Below, piece by piece: positions 35,138 through 42,287 of a DNA stretch of 42,287 nt. The notes beneath the pieces are model-generated. The model was not told the DNA's origin, made no database searches, and saw only the letters and a list, made by a program, of their open reading frames with translations. The position numbers and the translations under genes are program-made. Source of the DNA: a virus (lineage: Duplodnaviria; Caudoviricetes); the IMG/VR virus record IMGVR_UViG_3300037608_000246, positions 1 through 42,287 of that record; one strand, 5' to 3'. Numbering within the stretch: the first letter of the stretch is position 1; each line of letters starts with the position of its first letter.

Positions 35138-37056
35138 TAGACTGCCTCCCTCTCTGTTTTGAGATCGATCTGTTTTTCATCGACCATAAGATTGATAATC
35201 TGGCTGTTAATTGTGGCCAGAGCGCTCACTGATTCCCTGTGATCAACAAAAACCGGTGTGCGGAAGTCGTAGTATCTAGAAAGATGTTCAATGATCTCAA
35301 GCCCAGCATTAATCTGGCTCGCAGTGTTGGCGTCCTGATATGGAACACCGTTTATCAGTGTAACGAAGGTATCAGCCAAGCCTCCATTAAGCTGTGTCTC
35401 AAACAATTTAAATTTGACTGATCTGAACAGGCTGTTGAGTTCAGCTTCAATGGTTTCTACCTTCGCTTTGATATAATTCTCAAGTGAAATGATCTGACCT
35501 TCAACATTGACCAGTTCAATCGAAAGTGATTTACCCTCAGCTTCAAGTTCACTGATCCGTTTATTTGCAGTTTCAAAAGCATCCTTCTGAGCTATAATTT
35601 TCTGGAATGAAGCAATTTCGGTATCCACCTTTGAAGTATCCGCCATGTTAATTTCGATCCGGATCTGTAGTTTCTCGTTAAGGGTATTGATGTGTTCAGT
35701 GATCTGACTAATCTTATATGAATAATCCGGAACCGGGTGATTGACGATTCGTTCAAGTTCTGCCTTCCTCGCGTTGAGTTCAATCAGTCCTATTCTGGCA
35801 TTTTCAAGTTTATTGTCTCCCGTGGCGATTTCAGCTGAAATCCCTTCTATTCGATTCTTCAGCGTAGCACCTCTTTGGGTGATGTCTGCAAGATCTTTCA
35901 ACTTAAATTCTTCAAACTTAGATTTTGCGGATTCGATCACTGCAGCCATCCTTGAAGGTGGAAGATCCTGCCCACAGGTTGGACAATTTGTATCTATGTT
36001 GCCGATATCGAGCGTCTCCGCCTTCCTTGCTTTATACTCCTTAACAAGTTCCATTCGTTCGTTTTCATACTGAGCGATTTGATTCCTTGTCGACTGCTGG
36101 CTAATTGCAAAGTTCGCAATATAATCCTTCTTTGACTGAATTTCCGAGATGACCATGTCCAGTTCATGTCTGGCCAAATTCTTTTCTTTTTCAGAATCCA
36201 CTCGAATTCTTTCGAATTCCTTGATCTGGTTCTTATTGTGACTGATAGCATCCAGAACCTTCGCTTGCTCATCTATTCGTTTTCTCGCTTCATCCCTAGC
36301 TCGCTTTTCTATGTCGTTACGTTGTTTGAGCTGTTCGGCAAGGCTGGCTTCAATTATCTCAAAGTCTGTTGTCTGTGGCGATTCATAGGTAGCACGTGAA
36401 GCTTCATCAATCCGGATTGGGATCTGCTTAATCTGGTCATTTAGCTTCTTTCTGCGATCCTTCAGAAGTGTCACGGCATCTTCAGAACCATATTTTCTGA
36501 TCAAATCCCGAACAGATTCGAACTGCGGTTCATCAAGCAAGGCATCATCGCTGTACTTTATCAGGCTCATCATCAAATCCCTTCGCTTCTTCCAATCAAG
36601 TCGCTGGAACTGGGTAGGATCGCTCAGAAGTTTGAAAAGTTCTTCGTTCATGATCTCGTTGATCTTGGCTGTGTAATCACTAATTTTGACTGGCAAACTG
36701 TCGATAAAACAGCTCGTCTCATGCCCTGTAAGCTGGACTTCCGCATCCCCTCGCTTCTTTGTCCATTTCTCGCGGTATTCTTTCCTGAGTGTTATCTGGT
36801 TGTTCTCATGTTCTATTACCGCTTCAACAATGTGATCGAGACCATGGATCGGTCTGCCAAATGAATCTACAGTTTTAACTTCGAAACTGGATCTGCCAGT
36901 CGAGTCTTTCCCGAATAGAAGCCAAAGCCAGGCATCAAAGATCGTGGTTTTTCCTGCACCGTTTGCTCCCCTGATCGTCACATTGTGACCATCTGCATTG
37001 ATCTTCTTTTGTTTCAGCCCTTTAAAATTGATCAATTCTATTGATATGAGTTTCAT
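35137..37056 (-). CDS. Rad50/SbcC-like AAA ATPase with a zinc hook
   Basis: Start ATG 37056 (GGAGG RBS); NFKG, Walker A GANGAGKTT, CPTCGQ hook, PVFVDHRES Walker B. Confidence 0.9.
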   Translation of the reverse strand: MKLISIELINFKGLKQKKINADGHNVTIRGANGAGKTTIFDAWLWLLFGKDSTGRSSFEVKTVDSFGRPIHGLDHIVEAVIEHENNQITLRKEYREKWTKKRGDAEVQLTGHETSCFIDSLPVKISDYTAKINEIMNEELFKLLSDPTQFQRLDWKKRRDLMMSLIKYSDDALLDEPQFESVRDLIRKYGSEDAVTLLKDRRKKLNDQIKQIPIRIDEASRATYESPQTTDFEIIEASLAEQLKQRNDIEKRARDEARKRIDEQAKVLDAISHNKNQIKEFERIRVDSEKEKNLARHELDMVISEIQSKKDYIANFAISQQSTRNQIAQYENERMELVKEYKARKAETLDIGNIDTNCPTCGQDLPPSRMAAVIESAKSKFEEFKLKDLADITQRGATLKNRIEGISAEIATGDNKLENARIGLIELNARKAELERIVNHPVPDYSYKISQITEHINTLNEKLQIRIEINMADTSKVDTEIASFQKIIAQKDAFETANKRISELEAEGKSLSIELVNVEGQIISLENYIKAKVETIEAELNSLFRSVKFKLFETQLNGGLADTFVTLINGVPYQDANTASQINAGLEIIEHLSRYYDFRTPVFVDHRESVSALATINSQIINLMVDEKQIDLKTEREAV

Positions 37057-37301
37057 AGTGATTCCTCCTTCATAAATCTGCTTCGATACTCTCTGAATGT
37101 TGAGCCTCTTAATCCGCACAGCATTGCTTGTTCTGATATTTCAAATTCAGGCAAGCAGTTCAAGACATCCATCATGACCATTACTCTGATATCTATTGGA
37201 ATTTTCTTGGTTTCCATCGCTTTAAAGGCTATTTCCGGCAGACAGCCGGTGAGGGCTGCATAGTAACAGGCCAGAACGCCCGAGTCACCAACATACTGCA
37301 T
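37053..37301 (-). CDS. Hypothetical protein (possible C-terminal HTH)
   Basis: 82 aa, GAGGTG RBS, 4-bp overlap with the ATPase start. Confidence 0.6.
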   Translation of the reverse strand: MQYVGDSGVLACYYAALTGCLPEIAFKAMETKKIPIDIRVMVMMDVLNCLPEFEISEQAMLCGLRGSTFREYRSRFMKEESL

Positions 37302-37367
37302 TTACTCACCTCTTGTGATATAATCTTCTTGTAGTTTTTTTCTTGGGAGCCTCAGGATCTGCACATC

Positions 37368-37601
37368 CTAGGCTCTTTTTTCATTGTCATAAAGCCTGCA
37401 CGCATCTATGACATTCAGTCGGTTCGTACTTGTTCGCATTACAGCCAGAGTCCGGTTTAAGCTATTTTTTTCTTTTGTTATACCTTCCTGAATTCCTTGT
37501 TCTCTGCCGCTTCTGAAGCCTTCCCTATAGCCGATGGTGTTGCCTGTCCAGAGTAGTGCAACCATCAGTACGACTAAAAAAATCATCCCATAACTATCCA
37601 T
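37368..37601 (-). CDS. Small membrane protein
   Basis: ATG 37601 after AGAGGAG; MIFLVVLMVALLW TM followed by GYREGFRSGREQG. Confidence 0.6.
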   Translation of the reverse strand: MDSYGMIFLVVLMVALLWTGNTIGYREGFRSGREQGIQEGITKEKNSLNRTLAVMRTSTNRLNVIDACRLYDNEKRA

Positions 37602-37629
37602 TTCTTTTCTCCTCTCTATTTGTATTCCA

Positions 37630-37854
37630 TTACTCAAGTGGCTCAATACGATATTCTTTCCTGCCGCCTTCACGGATTCTAATTGCCTGTTGCTTTGGTT
37701 TCATTTGAAGAATTAGCCGAGATTCCAAGTGTCCGTTAGTTGTTTCTTCCGATCGATCGAAGTTGACTGACAGATCGCTGAATGTCTTTACCGCTTCCAT
37801 CGGGTGAGTGTAGCCAATACTGATAAGTCTTGACACGAACTCAATATGGTTCAT
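37630..37854 (-). CDS. Hypothetical protein
   Basis: 74 aa, AGGAGG RBS within the end of the upstream gene. Confidence 0.55.
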   Translation of the reverse strand: MNHIEFVSRLISIGYTHPMEAVKTFSDLSVNFDRSEETTNGHLESRLILQMKPKQQAIRIREGGRKEYRIEPLE

Positions 37855-37857
37855 TTC

Positions 37858-38076
37858 TCACATCCTCCTTAGTTCATATTTCCATACGCCGTTTTGCCGG
37901 AATCGTTCTAGTATCAGATCCCCAGGCGGTAGGAGTATAAATGTTCTGCGACCATAACTTGCATCTTCGAGTCTCCAGTTAAGTTCCTCATCTATCTGAT
38001 CCATCATTTCATTTGCATCCTGAGGAGTAACGCACCGGTATCTGATGAGATCACTTTTGAGCTGTTCTCTGGTCAA
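37858..38076 (-). CDS. Hypothetical protein
   Basis: TTG 38076 after an AAGGAGG RBS; the longer ORF-track start lacks an RBS. Confidence 0.55.
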   Translation of the reverse strand: MTREQLKSDLIRYRCVTPQDANEMMDQIDEELNWRLEDASYGRRTFILLPPGDLILERFRQNGVWKYELRRM

Positions 38077-38172
38077 TAGAATTCCTCCTTCGGCAATGTT
38101 GAAAACTATATATAGTTGTTGATAATTTATCCACAACCATATATTGAATATCACTCCAAGTTGTGATACGAT

Positions 38173-38403
38173 TTATTTGGAAGCAGTTAACAAACAATCT
38201 ATAGAAATTCCATAAATGATTGATATTTCAATTAATGTGTTTAATCCAGGTATTATTACTGAATTTTCCATTTTTGAAATTGTTGTAGTGTCAACCTCAA
38301 GCAGTTCTGCCAGCTGTGCTTGAGTATGCCCACGCTCCTTGCGCTCCTTTCTAAGATTGTTTCCAAGATTCTGCTTCCAGTTTGTAAAGTCATACGTTTT
38401 CAA
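38173..38403 (-). CDS. Xre-family HTH regulator
   Basis: LRKERKERGHTQAQLAELLEV..TTISKMEN...YGISIDCLL. Confidence 0.88.
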   Translation of the reverse strand: MKTYDFTNWKQNLGNNLRKERKERGHTQAQLAELLEVDTTTISKMENSVIIPGLNTLIEISIIYGISIDCLLTASK

Positions 38404-38449
38404 AAGATCACGCTCCTTAAGTCATATCAGGGAAGGTGGTGAAGCATTG

Positions 38450-38659
38450 ATGTTGATGGTACCAGTAATTTCAAGCAATCTTTCTTCAGTTGGATATGAT
38501 CCAGTAAGTCAAACATTAAGAATCCAGTTCCATTCAGGTTTATACGACTACTTTAATGTCCCCGCCTCAGTACATTTCAACCTAATGAACGCACCTTCAA
38601 AAGGTGAATATCACGCAGCCTATATCAAGAACGTCTATACTTACAACAAATTAATTTAA
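38450..38659 (+). CDS. KTSC-domain protein
   Basis: VISSNLSSVGYD...LRIQFHSGLYDYFNVP...LMNAPSKGEY; AAGGTGGTGA RBS, start about 38450. Confidence 0.9.
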   Translation: MLMVPVISSNLSSVGYDPVSQTLRIQFHSGLYDYFNVPASVHFNLMNAPSKGEYHAAYIKNVYTYNKLI

Positions 38660-38802
38660 TCAATAACCACCAATACTATTGCGGGGCCTTCCACTTCTAT
38701 TTGTTCAATTTGGTAAGGCTCCACTTTCATTTCATTCACTCCTACACGTATTACCAGCTCTTCGACTAGATCTTTTGTACTAAATTGGGTCAAATAATTC
38801 AT
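38656..38802 (-). CDS. 48-aa protein missing from the ORF track (BC1881-family-like)
   Basis: GGAGG RBS; translates as MNYLTQFSTKDLVEELVIRVGVNEMKVEPYQIEQIEVEGPAIVLVVID; stop overlaps the KTSC stop. Confidence 0.75.
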   Translation of the reverse strand: MNYLTQFSTKDLVEELVIRVGVNEMKVEPYQIEQIEVEGPAIVLVVID

Positions 38803-38912
38803 ATATAATCCTCCATTTTCAACTACGCGAAGTGTGAAATCCTACGCGCAACGTGTTATAATTGGATCAATAGACTTCTTTTTTTATCCATCCCTTACAT
38901 AAGACCCTAACT

Positions 38913-39656
38913 CTAAGCATTCACGCTGACCTGATTATTTTCTGGTGAGATGACCAGCTTTTTCATGAAATAGATTTGTCCTTTACCAGTTACCTTTGTT
39001 GTGAAGAAGGGCTTTAGGGTGTTGTTGCTTCCGAATCTCATACCTTCTTTCATTTCAAGAACGCCAAGTTCGACTGACTTTTGAGTTGGTTTATTTTCGT
39101 ATTTCTGAAGAAAACCGTTCTGACGAAGCCATTCAAATAGTCTCTTTTCACCTATGGCCACACCGTTCCTTGCGAGCAACTTGGCGAAGTCGCGGATCAG
39201 AATTGAGTCGACAGATGCCTCAACAGCTTCAGCAAACAGGACTTTTGGGCGCTCCAGTTCAGCTTGAGTTTCAAGTTCCTTAATCCTTTCATTCATGCCG
39301 ATCATTTGTTTTTCAGCAATCTTGAGACCTCTGGCCATGATCAGTGATGGTTCATTCCAAGCCTTTTCAATTTGGATAAAGTATGATCTTATTTCATGTG
39401 CCCTTTCACCTCCGGATATCATGCAAATATGCTTTGCCGCATCTAGGGTAAAATGAGAATCATCAAACATTTGATTGTTTGAATTAGTGTAGGTTGTCCT
39501 ACGGTAGTCATATCCCTCTGCTAAACCTAGAGAAATGATCCGACCGTTTGACCATAATGAGAACCGTTCCTTTATCCCCAATGCCTCGTGCAATTCTCTT
39601 CCGCTTACCATCTGTTCAAAATTCTCGTTTGTTCTGATAGAGATTAATTCATTCAT
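38913..39656 (-). CDS. Phage antirepressor (AntA/AntB N-terminus, KilAC/ANT C-terminus)
   Basis: VSGRELHEAL, AKHICM..IRSYFI.IEKAWN, PKVLFAEAV and TKVTGKGQIYF motifs; start set at ATG 39656 by RBS spacing. Confidence 0.9.
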   Translation of the reverse strand: MNELISIRTNENFEQMVSGRELHEALGIKERFSLWSNGRIISLGLAEGYDYRRTTYTNSNNQMFDDSHFTLDAAKHICMISGGERAHEIRSYFIQIEKAWNEPSLIMARGLKIAEKQMIGMNERIKELETQAELERPKVLFAEAVEASVDSILIRDFAKLLARNGVAIGEKRLFEWLRQNGFLQKYENKPTQKSVELGVLEMKEGMRFGSNNTLKPFFTTKVTGKGQIYFMKKLVISPENNQVSVNA

Positions 39657-39712
39657 AGGCATCCTCCGTTTCACACTCAATCTCTCGGCTTTCGTCATCT
39701 CACTTACATCCA

Positions 39713-39904
39713 CTATAGATAAACTTTCTCTTCGAAGTATCGTCTGCTGATCTTGCCAGCGATGGTAATCTTGCCTTGTTTCTTGAGTTCCAGGTTCATC
39801 TCTCTGATGAGTCGATATCCAGTACTCTCGGAAACTCCCAGAACATCTGCTACTTCCCGAGCGTCAACAAACTTTGATTCAATTCTCATTACATCACTTC
39901 TCAT
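39713..39904 (-). CDS. Excisionase-like HTH protein (ICEBs1 Xis-like)
   Basis: FVDAREVADVLGVSESTGYRLIREMN.ELKKQGK.TIAGKISRRYFEEK; GGAGGTGA RBS before ATG 39904. Confidence 0.75.
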   Translation of the reverse strand: MRSDVMRIESKFVDAREVADVLGVSESTGYRLIREMNLELKKQGKITIAGKISRRYFEEKVYL

Positions 39905-39940
39905 TTGATCACCTCCATGATTTAAGTATAATCGCATAAC

Positions 39941-39953
39941 ACGCGAAACGCGT
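39941..39953. promoter_or_regulatory. Palindromic operator ACGCG-AAA-CGCGT
   Basis: Identical copy at 40218-40230 and variant ACGCG-CAA-CGTGT at 38844-38856; all intergenic. Confidence 0.7.
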
Positions 39954-39975
39954 ATATCGAGGTAAAAAAAATATT

Positions 39976-40176
39976 TTAATCTTCACCAAACAAATCTTCA
40001 TAAGGTTTTTTCAATTTTTTCAAAATTGCAGTTATTTCTGATTGCCTAAATGGACGGTTCCCGCTTTCCTTAGACCAATACGAAGATTCCGCTATGCCAA
40101 TAGCTCTAGCCATTTCCAATGCTGAAACACTTTGATATTTTCTTTCCCGTCTTAATTTCATATTAGCTGCGTTCAT
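39976..40176 (-). CDS. Cro-like HTH regulator
   Basis: ATG 40176 after GGAGGTG; LRRERK..SVSALEMARAIGIAESSYWSKESGNRPF; divergent from the repressor. Confidence 0.85.
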   Translation of the reverse strand: MNAANMKLRRERKYQSVSALEMARAIGIAESSYWSKESGNRPFRQSEITAILKKLKKPYEDLFGED

Positions 40177-40209
40177 TTTTTCACCTCCAAATTTAATGTC
40201 CTCAAAAAC

Positions 40210-40300
40210 AAAATACCACGCGAAACGCGTAGTAGTCAATACATTATGAATATAAATTTTGTTTTATTTTGAAATTACACGGTGCGTATAGTATTATAAT
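40210..40300. promoter_or_regulatory. Divergent lytic/lysogenic promoters with an operator
   Basis: Minus strand: TTGACT (40234-40239), 18 bp, TATTTT, with the 40218-40230 operator in the spacer. Plus strand: TTGAAA (40269-40274), 17 bp, TATTAT (40292-40297). Confidence 0.65.
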
Positions 40301-40317
40301 GATGGAAGGTGATCTAA

Positions 40318-40698
40318 ATGAGTTCTCAAACAAGGCGTATTCTAATAGCGAATAAACTTAAATCATTACGCGAGCGAACTGGAATGACCCAAAAAGACTT
40401 TGCTGATTTTATCGGATTGGCACCGACTACTATAAGTAGTTATGAAACCGGTCATAGATCACCCGACATTCAAACACTAGAAATTATCGCCGATAAAGTT
40501 AATGTGCCTTTAGCAGAACTTTTGTGTTTAGATGCTTCCGAAACCACAAATCTGTCCGGCATTGATATTCCTGAAGAATTGAAGGATTTAGATATTGAAA
40601 GCATCAAAGTCCTAAAAGAGATTAAAGATTCCGGGATGGGCGCAGATGAAATCAAAGCTGTCCTTGAACTCGTGAAGACGATCAGGAAAACAAAATAA
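40318..40698 (+). CDS. CI-like prophage repressor (Xre HTH, no S24 peptidase domain)
   Basis: LKSLRERTGMTQKDFADFIGLAPTTISSYETGHRSPD; 126 aa. Confidence 0.88.
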   Translation: MSSQTRRILIANKLKSLRERTGMTQKDFADFIGLAPTTISSYETGHRSPDIQTLEIIADKVNVPLAELLCLDASETTNLSGIDIPEELKDLDIESIKVLKEIKDSGMGADEIKAVLELVKTIRKTK

Positions 40699-40701
40699 AT
40701 C

Positions 40702-40737
40702 GAGCAGCTAAAATATGGCTGCTCTTTCTATTTTTTT
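40702..40737 (+). terminator. Terminator after the repressor
   Basis: GAGCAGC...GCTGCTC stem followed by a T-rich tract. Confidence 0.7.
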
Positions 40738-40841
40738 GGTATAAAATCAAGATTAACATAAGTAATTCCATTTATTCTTACGTGATCAATCGTCGAAACA
40801 CCAAGAGACACGAATTTTATCTGCATCTAATCCCCTCTTGT

Positions 40842-40855
40842 AGAACTTATGTTCT
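40842..40855. promoter_or_regulatory. LexA (SOS) box
   Basis: AGAAC-TTAT-GTTCT fits GAAC-N4-GTTC; intergenic, overlapping promoter-like sequence upstream of the membrane-protein and integrase genes. Confidence 0.6.
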
Positions 40856-40978
40856 ATTTCTGATATGATTATACCATACAGATTTGTATTCGGGGAGGAG
40901 AAATTTCTGAAAATTGTCTTGCTTATCTAGAAAATGAAATTAAAAAATTTGAGATTAAGAAAGGATGTGAGTATTACT

Positions 40979-41182
40979 ATGGAAAAAGCTACAAAATTAC
41001 TCGCTATATGTTTTTTGATTGGTTCACTACTCATCTCACTATCGATTTTGTTTAATGAAAGATATGAAGTCTATCCAAAAGATGGAATTGCTTATTCAAT
41101 TCTTCTTGATAAGTTAACAGGTAATGTTAAGTTAATCACCCATGTTGATACCTTGAAGTTGAAAGTCATCCCTATTAAATAG
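40979..41182 (+). CDS. Small membrane protein in the lysogeny module
   Basis: ATG 40979 after AAGGATGTGA; TM segment LLAICFLIGSLLISLSILF. Confidence 0.6.
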   Translation: MEKATKLLAICFLIGSLLISLSILFNERYEVYPKDGIAYSILLDKLTGNVKLITHVDTLKLKVIPIK

Positions 41183-41201
41183 ACTAAAAGGGAGTAGTTT
41201 T

Positions 41202-42287
41202 ATGCCCGCATACAAAGACGAAAAACGCGGAACATGGTACGCCAAATTCAACTATGGAGACTGGACAGGCACAACAAAACAAAAGATGCAACGTGGATTC
41301 AAGACTCAAAAGGAAGCCAAAGCTTTCGAACGTGACTTCTTAAGCAAGTCAAATGCCAGCCCCAATATGGCATTTGGCCATTTCGTCGATCTTTATATGG
41401 AGGACTGCCGATCACGCTTAAAACCTACGACTTATGAAAATAAGGAATTCGCTGTTAACACAAAAATCCTACCTTATTTCAGAGAAATGCCTCTCAACTC
41501 AATTGAACCGGCAACTATCCGAAAGTGGCAAAACGAATTGCTTACACATGAGAACAACTATTCTCAAACTTACCTCAAGACAATAAACAATCAGTTATCA
41601 GCCATTTTCAACTTCGCGATGAAGTACTACAAGCTCCCATCAAATCCAGCAAGGATCTGCGGATCCATGGGTAAGAAAAATGCTGATGAAATGAATTTCT
41701 GGACCCTGGATGAGTTTAATAAATTCATTTCGAAATCTGATAATCCAATGTACACAACGATCTATCAGATTCTTTTCTGGACTGGTATCCGGATCGGTGA
41801 ATGCCTGGCTTTAACACTGAATGACTTTGATCTCGTGGAGCATTCAGTTAACATCAACAAGAATTATGCGCGGCACCAAAAAACCGACCTGATTCTCGAT
41901 CCGAAAACGCCTAAGTCGAAACGTACAATAGCCATACCTGATTATCTCTCGGATATAGTACGCGACTTTGCTTCGAAGCTTTACGACTATGATCCTGCAG
42001 ATCGATTGTTCCCATTTCCACGATCAACAATGAACAGCCATATAGTGCGCATAGTAAAAAAAGCTGGTGTAAAGAGAATCAGGATACACGATTTAAGACA
42101 TTCACATGCATCATTGCTGATAGAAATGGGGGTATCCCCGCTGCTGATATCTGAGCGATTAGGACACGAGAATATCGAGACAACACTCCAAACCTATTCG
42201 CATCTTTATCCAAATAAACACGGCGAAGTAAGACTAAAATTGCAAGAAATGACACAGAAAATCACGAATGACACCACAGAAAAATAA
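41202..42287 (+). CDS. int: Tyrosine integrase
   Basis: Arm-binding N-terminus (RGFKTQKEAK); catalytic R (TGIRIGE), K (PKT), HDLRH, LGH and Y (QTYSH). Confidence 0.96.
   Translation: MPAYKDEKRGTWYAKFNYGDWTGTTKQKMQRGFKTQKEAKAFERDFLSKSNASPNMAFGHFVDLYMEDCRSRLKPTTYENKEFAVNTKILPYFREMPLNSIEPATIRKWQNELLTHENNYSQTYLKTINNQLSAIFNFAMKYYKLPSNPARICGSMGKKNADEMNFWTLDEFNKFISKSDNPMYTTIYQILFWTGIRIGECLALTLNDFDLVEHSVNINKNYARHQKTDLILDPKTPKSKRTIAIPDYLSDIVRDFASKLYDYDPADRLFPFPRSTMNSHIVRIVKKAGVKRIRIHDLRHSHASLLIEMGVSPLLISERLGHENIETTLQTYSHLYPNKHGEVRLKLQEMTQKITNDTTEK

Larger units (their letters stand above)
7644..42287 (-). mobile_element. Temperate prophage with podovirus-type morphogenesis genes (core region; the defence block at 1-7460 may also be prophage cargo)
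   Basis: Ordered integrase, repressor/cro, replication, terminase, portal, capsid, tail and lysis modules. att sites not identified, so the ends are approximate. Confidence 0.95.

Noticed and set aside
101-36399. Numerous plus-strand ORFs of 60-210 aa (e.g. 20536-21078, 22369-23001)
   Set aside because: Antisense shadows of well-supported minus-strand genes, with no recognisable motifs
38676-38710. Fourth CTATTGCGGG match (plus strand), and ATTGCGGG at 22453
   Set aside because: No acceptable -10 at +20 bp (TCAATT; AAACCC), both lie antisense within coding sequence; treated as chance
26375-40239. ORF-track long starts (27175, 37119, 37673, 38154, 38339, 39713, 39937, 40239)
   Set aside because: Downstream starts have clear Shine-Dalgarno sequences, and the extensions run through promoters or neighbouring genes
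1-42287. CRISPR array, tRNA, rRNA or other known structured RNA
   Set aside because: No regularly spaced repeats or cloverleaf-like sequence seen by eye; an Infernal/tRNAscan run would be needed to exclude them fully

Overview
Almost all of this window is one temperate prophage of a Firmicutes (probably Clostridia-like) host, read right to left on the minus strand. At the right end are a tyrosine integrase and a CI/Cro switch (42287-39976). These are followed by antirepressor and early genes, a Rad50-like ATPase / annealase / MBL-nuclease recombination module, replication genes, ssb and rusA, a P22-like terminase pair, portal, scaffold and capsid. The tail is short and podovirus-type (adaptor, nozzle, beta-propeller receptor-binding protein; no tail tube or tape measure). 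Next come two putative ejection proteins, one a 2771-aa polyvalent protein, and a three-gene lysis cassette ending at 7694. Left of lysis is an AT-rich defence block: a three-gene Lamassu/ABC-3C system with a SMEK-type effector, then a C5-methyltransferase / FokI-domain endonuclease / Vsr operon with an extra membrane-protein gene. Structures not shown by the ORF track: (1) the giant virion protein carries four [Y/F]SV motifs at module boundaries (zincin | CxxC radical-SAM/Gp88-like | JAB/RadC | acidic module | LPD38 core), suggesting a cassette-swapped, possibly processed, injected polyprotein; (2) three late promoters share TTGCGG-N20-TAtnnT, each placed behind or on a terminator, next to a twin-HTH candidate activator; (3) a 243-bp MITE with 25-bp TIRs and a 6-bp target duplication disrupts the RM operon's HTH regulator; (4) internal or dual translation starts in two lysis genes; (5) a Prp-cleavage motif on the scaffold; (6) two LexA-type boxes. 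All family calls come from motif recognition by eye; no database search was run. No att sites, tRNA, rRNA or CRISPR array were found.
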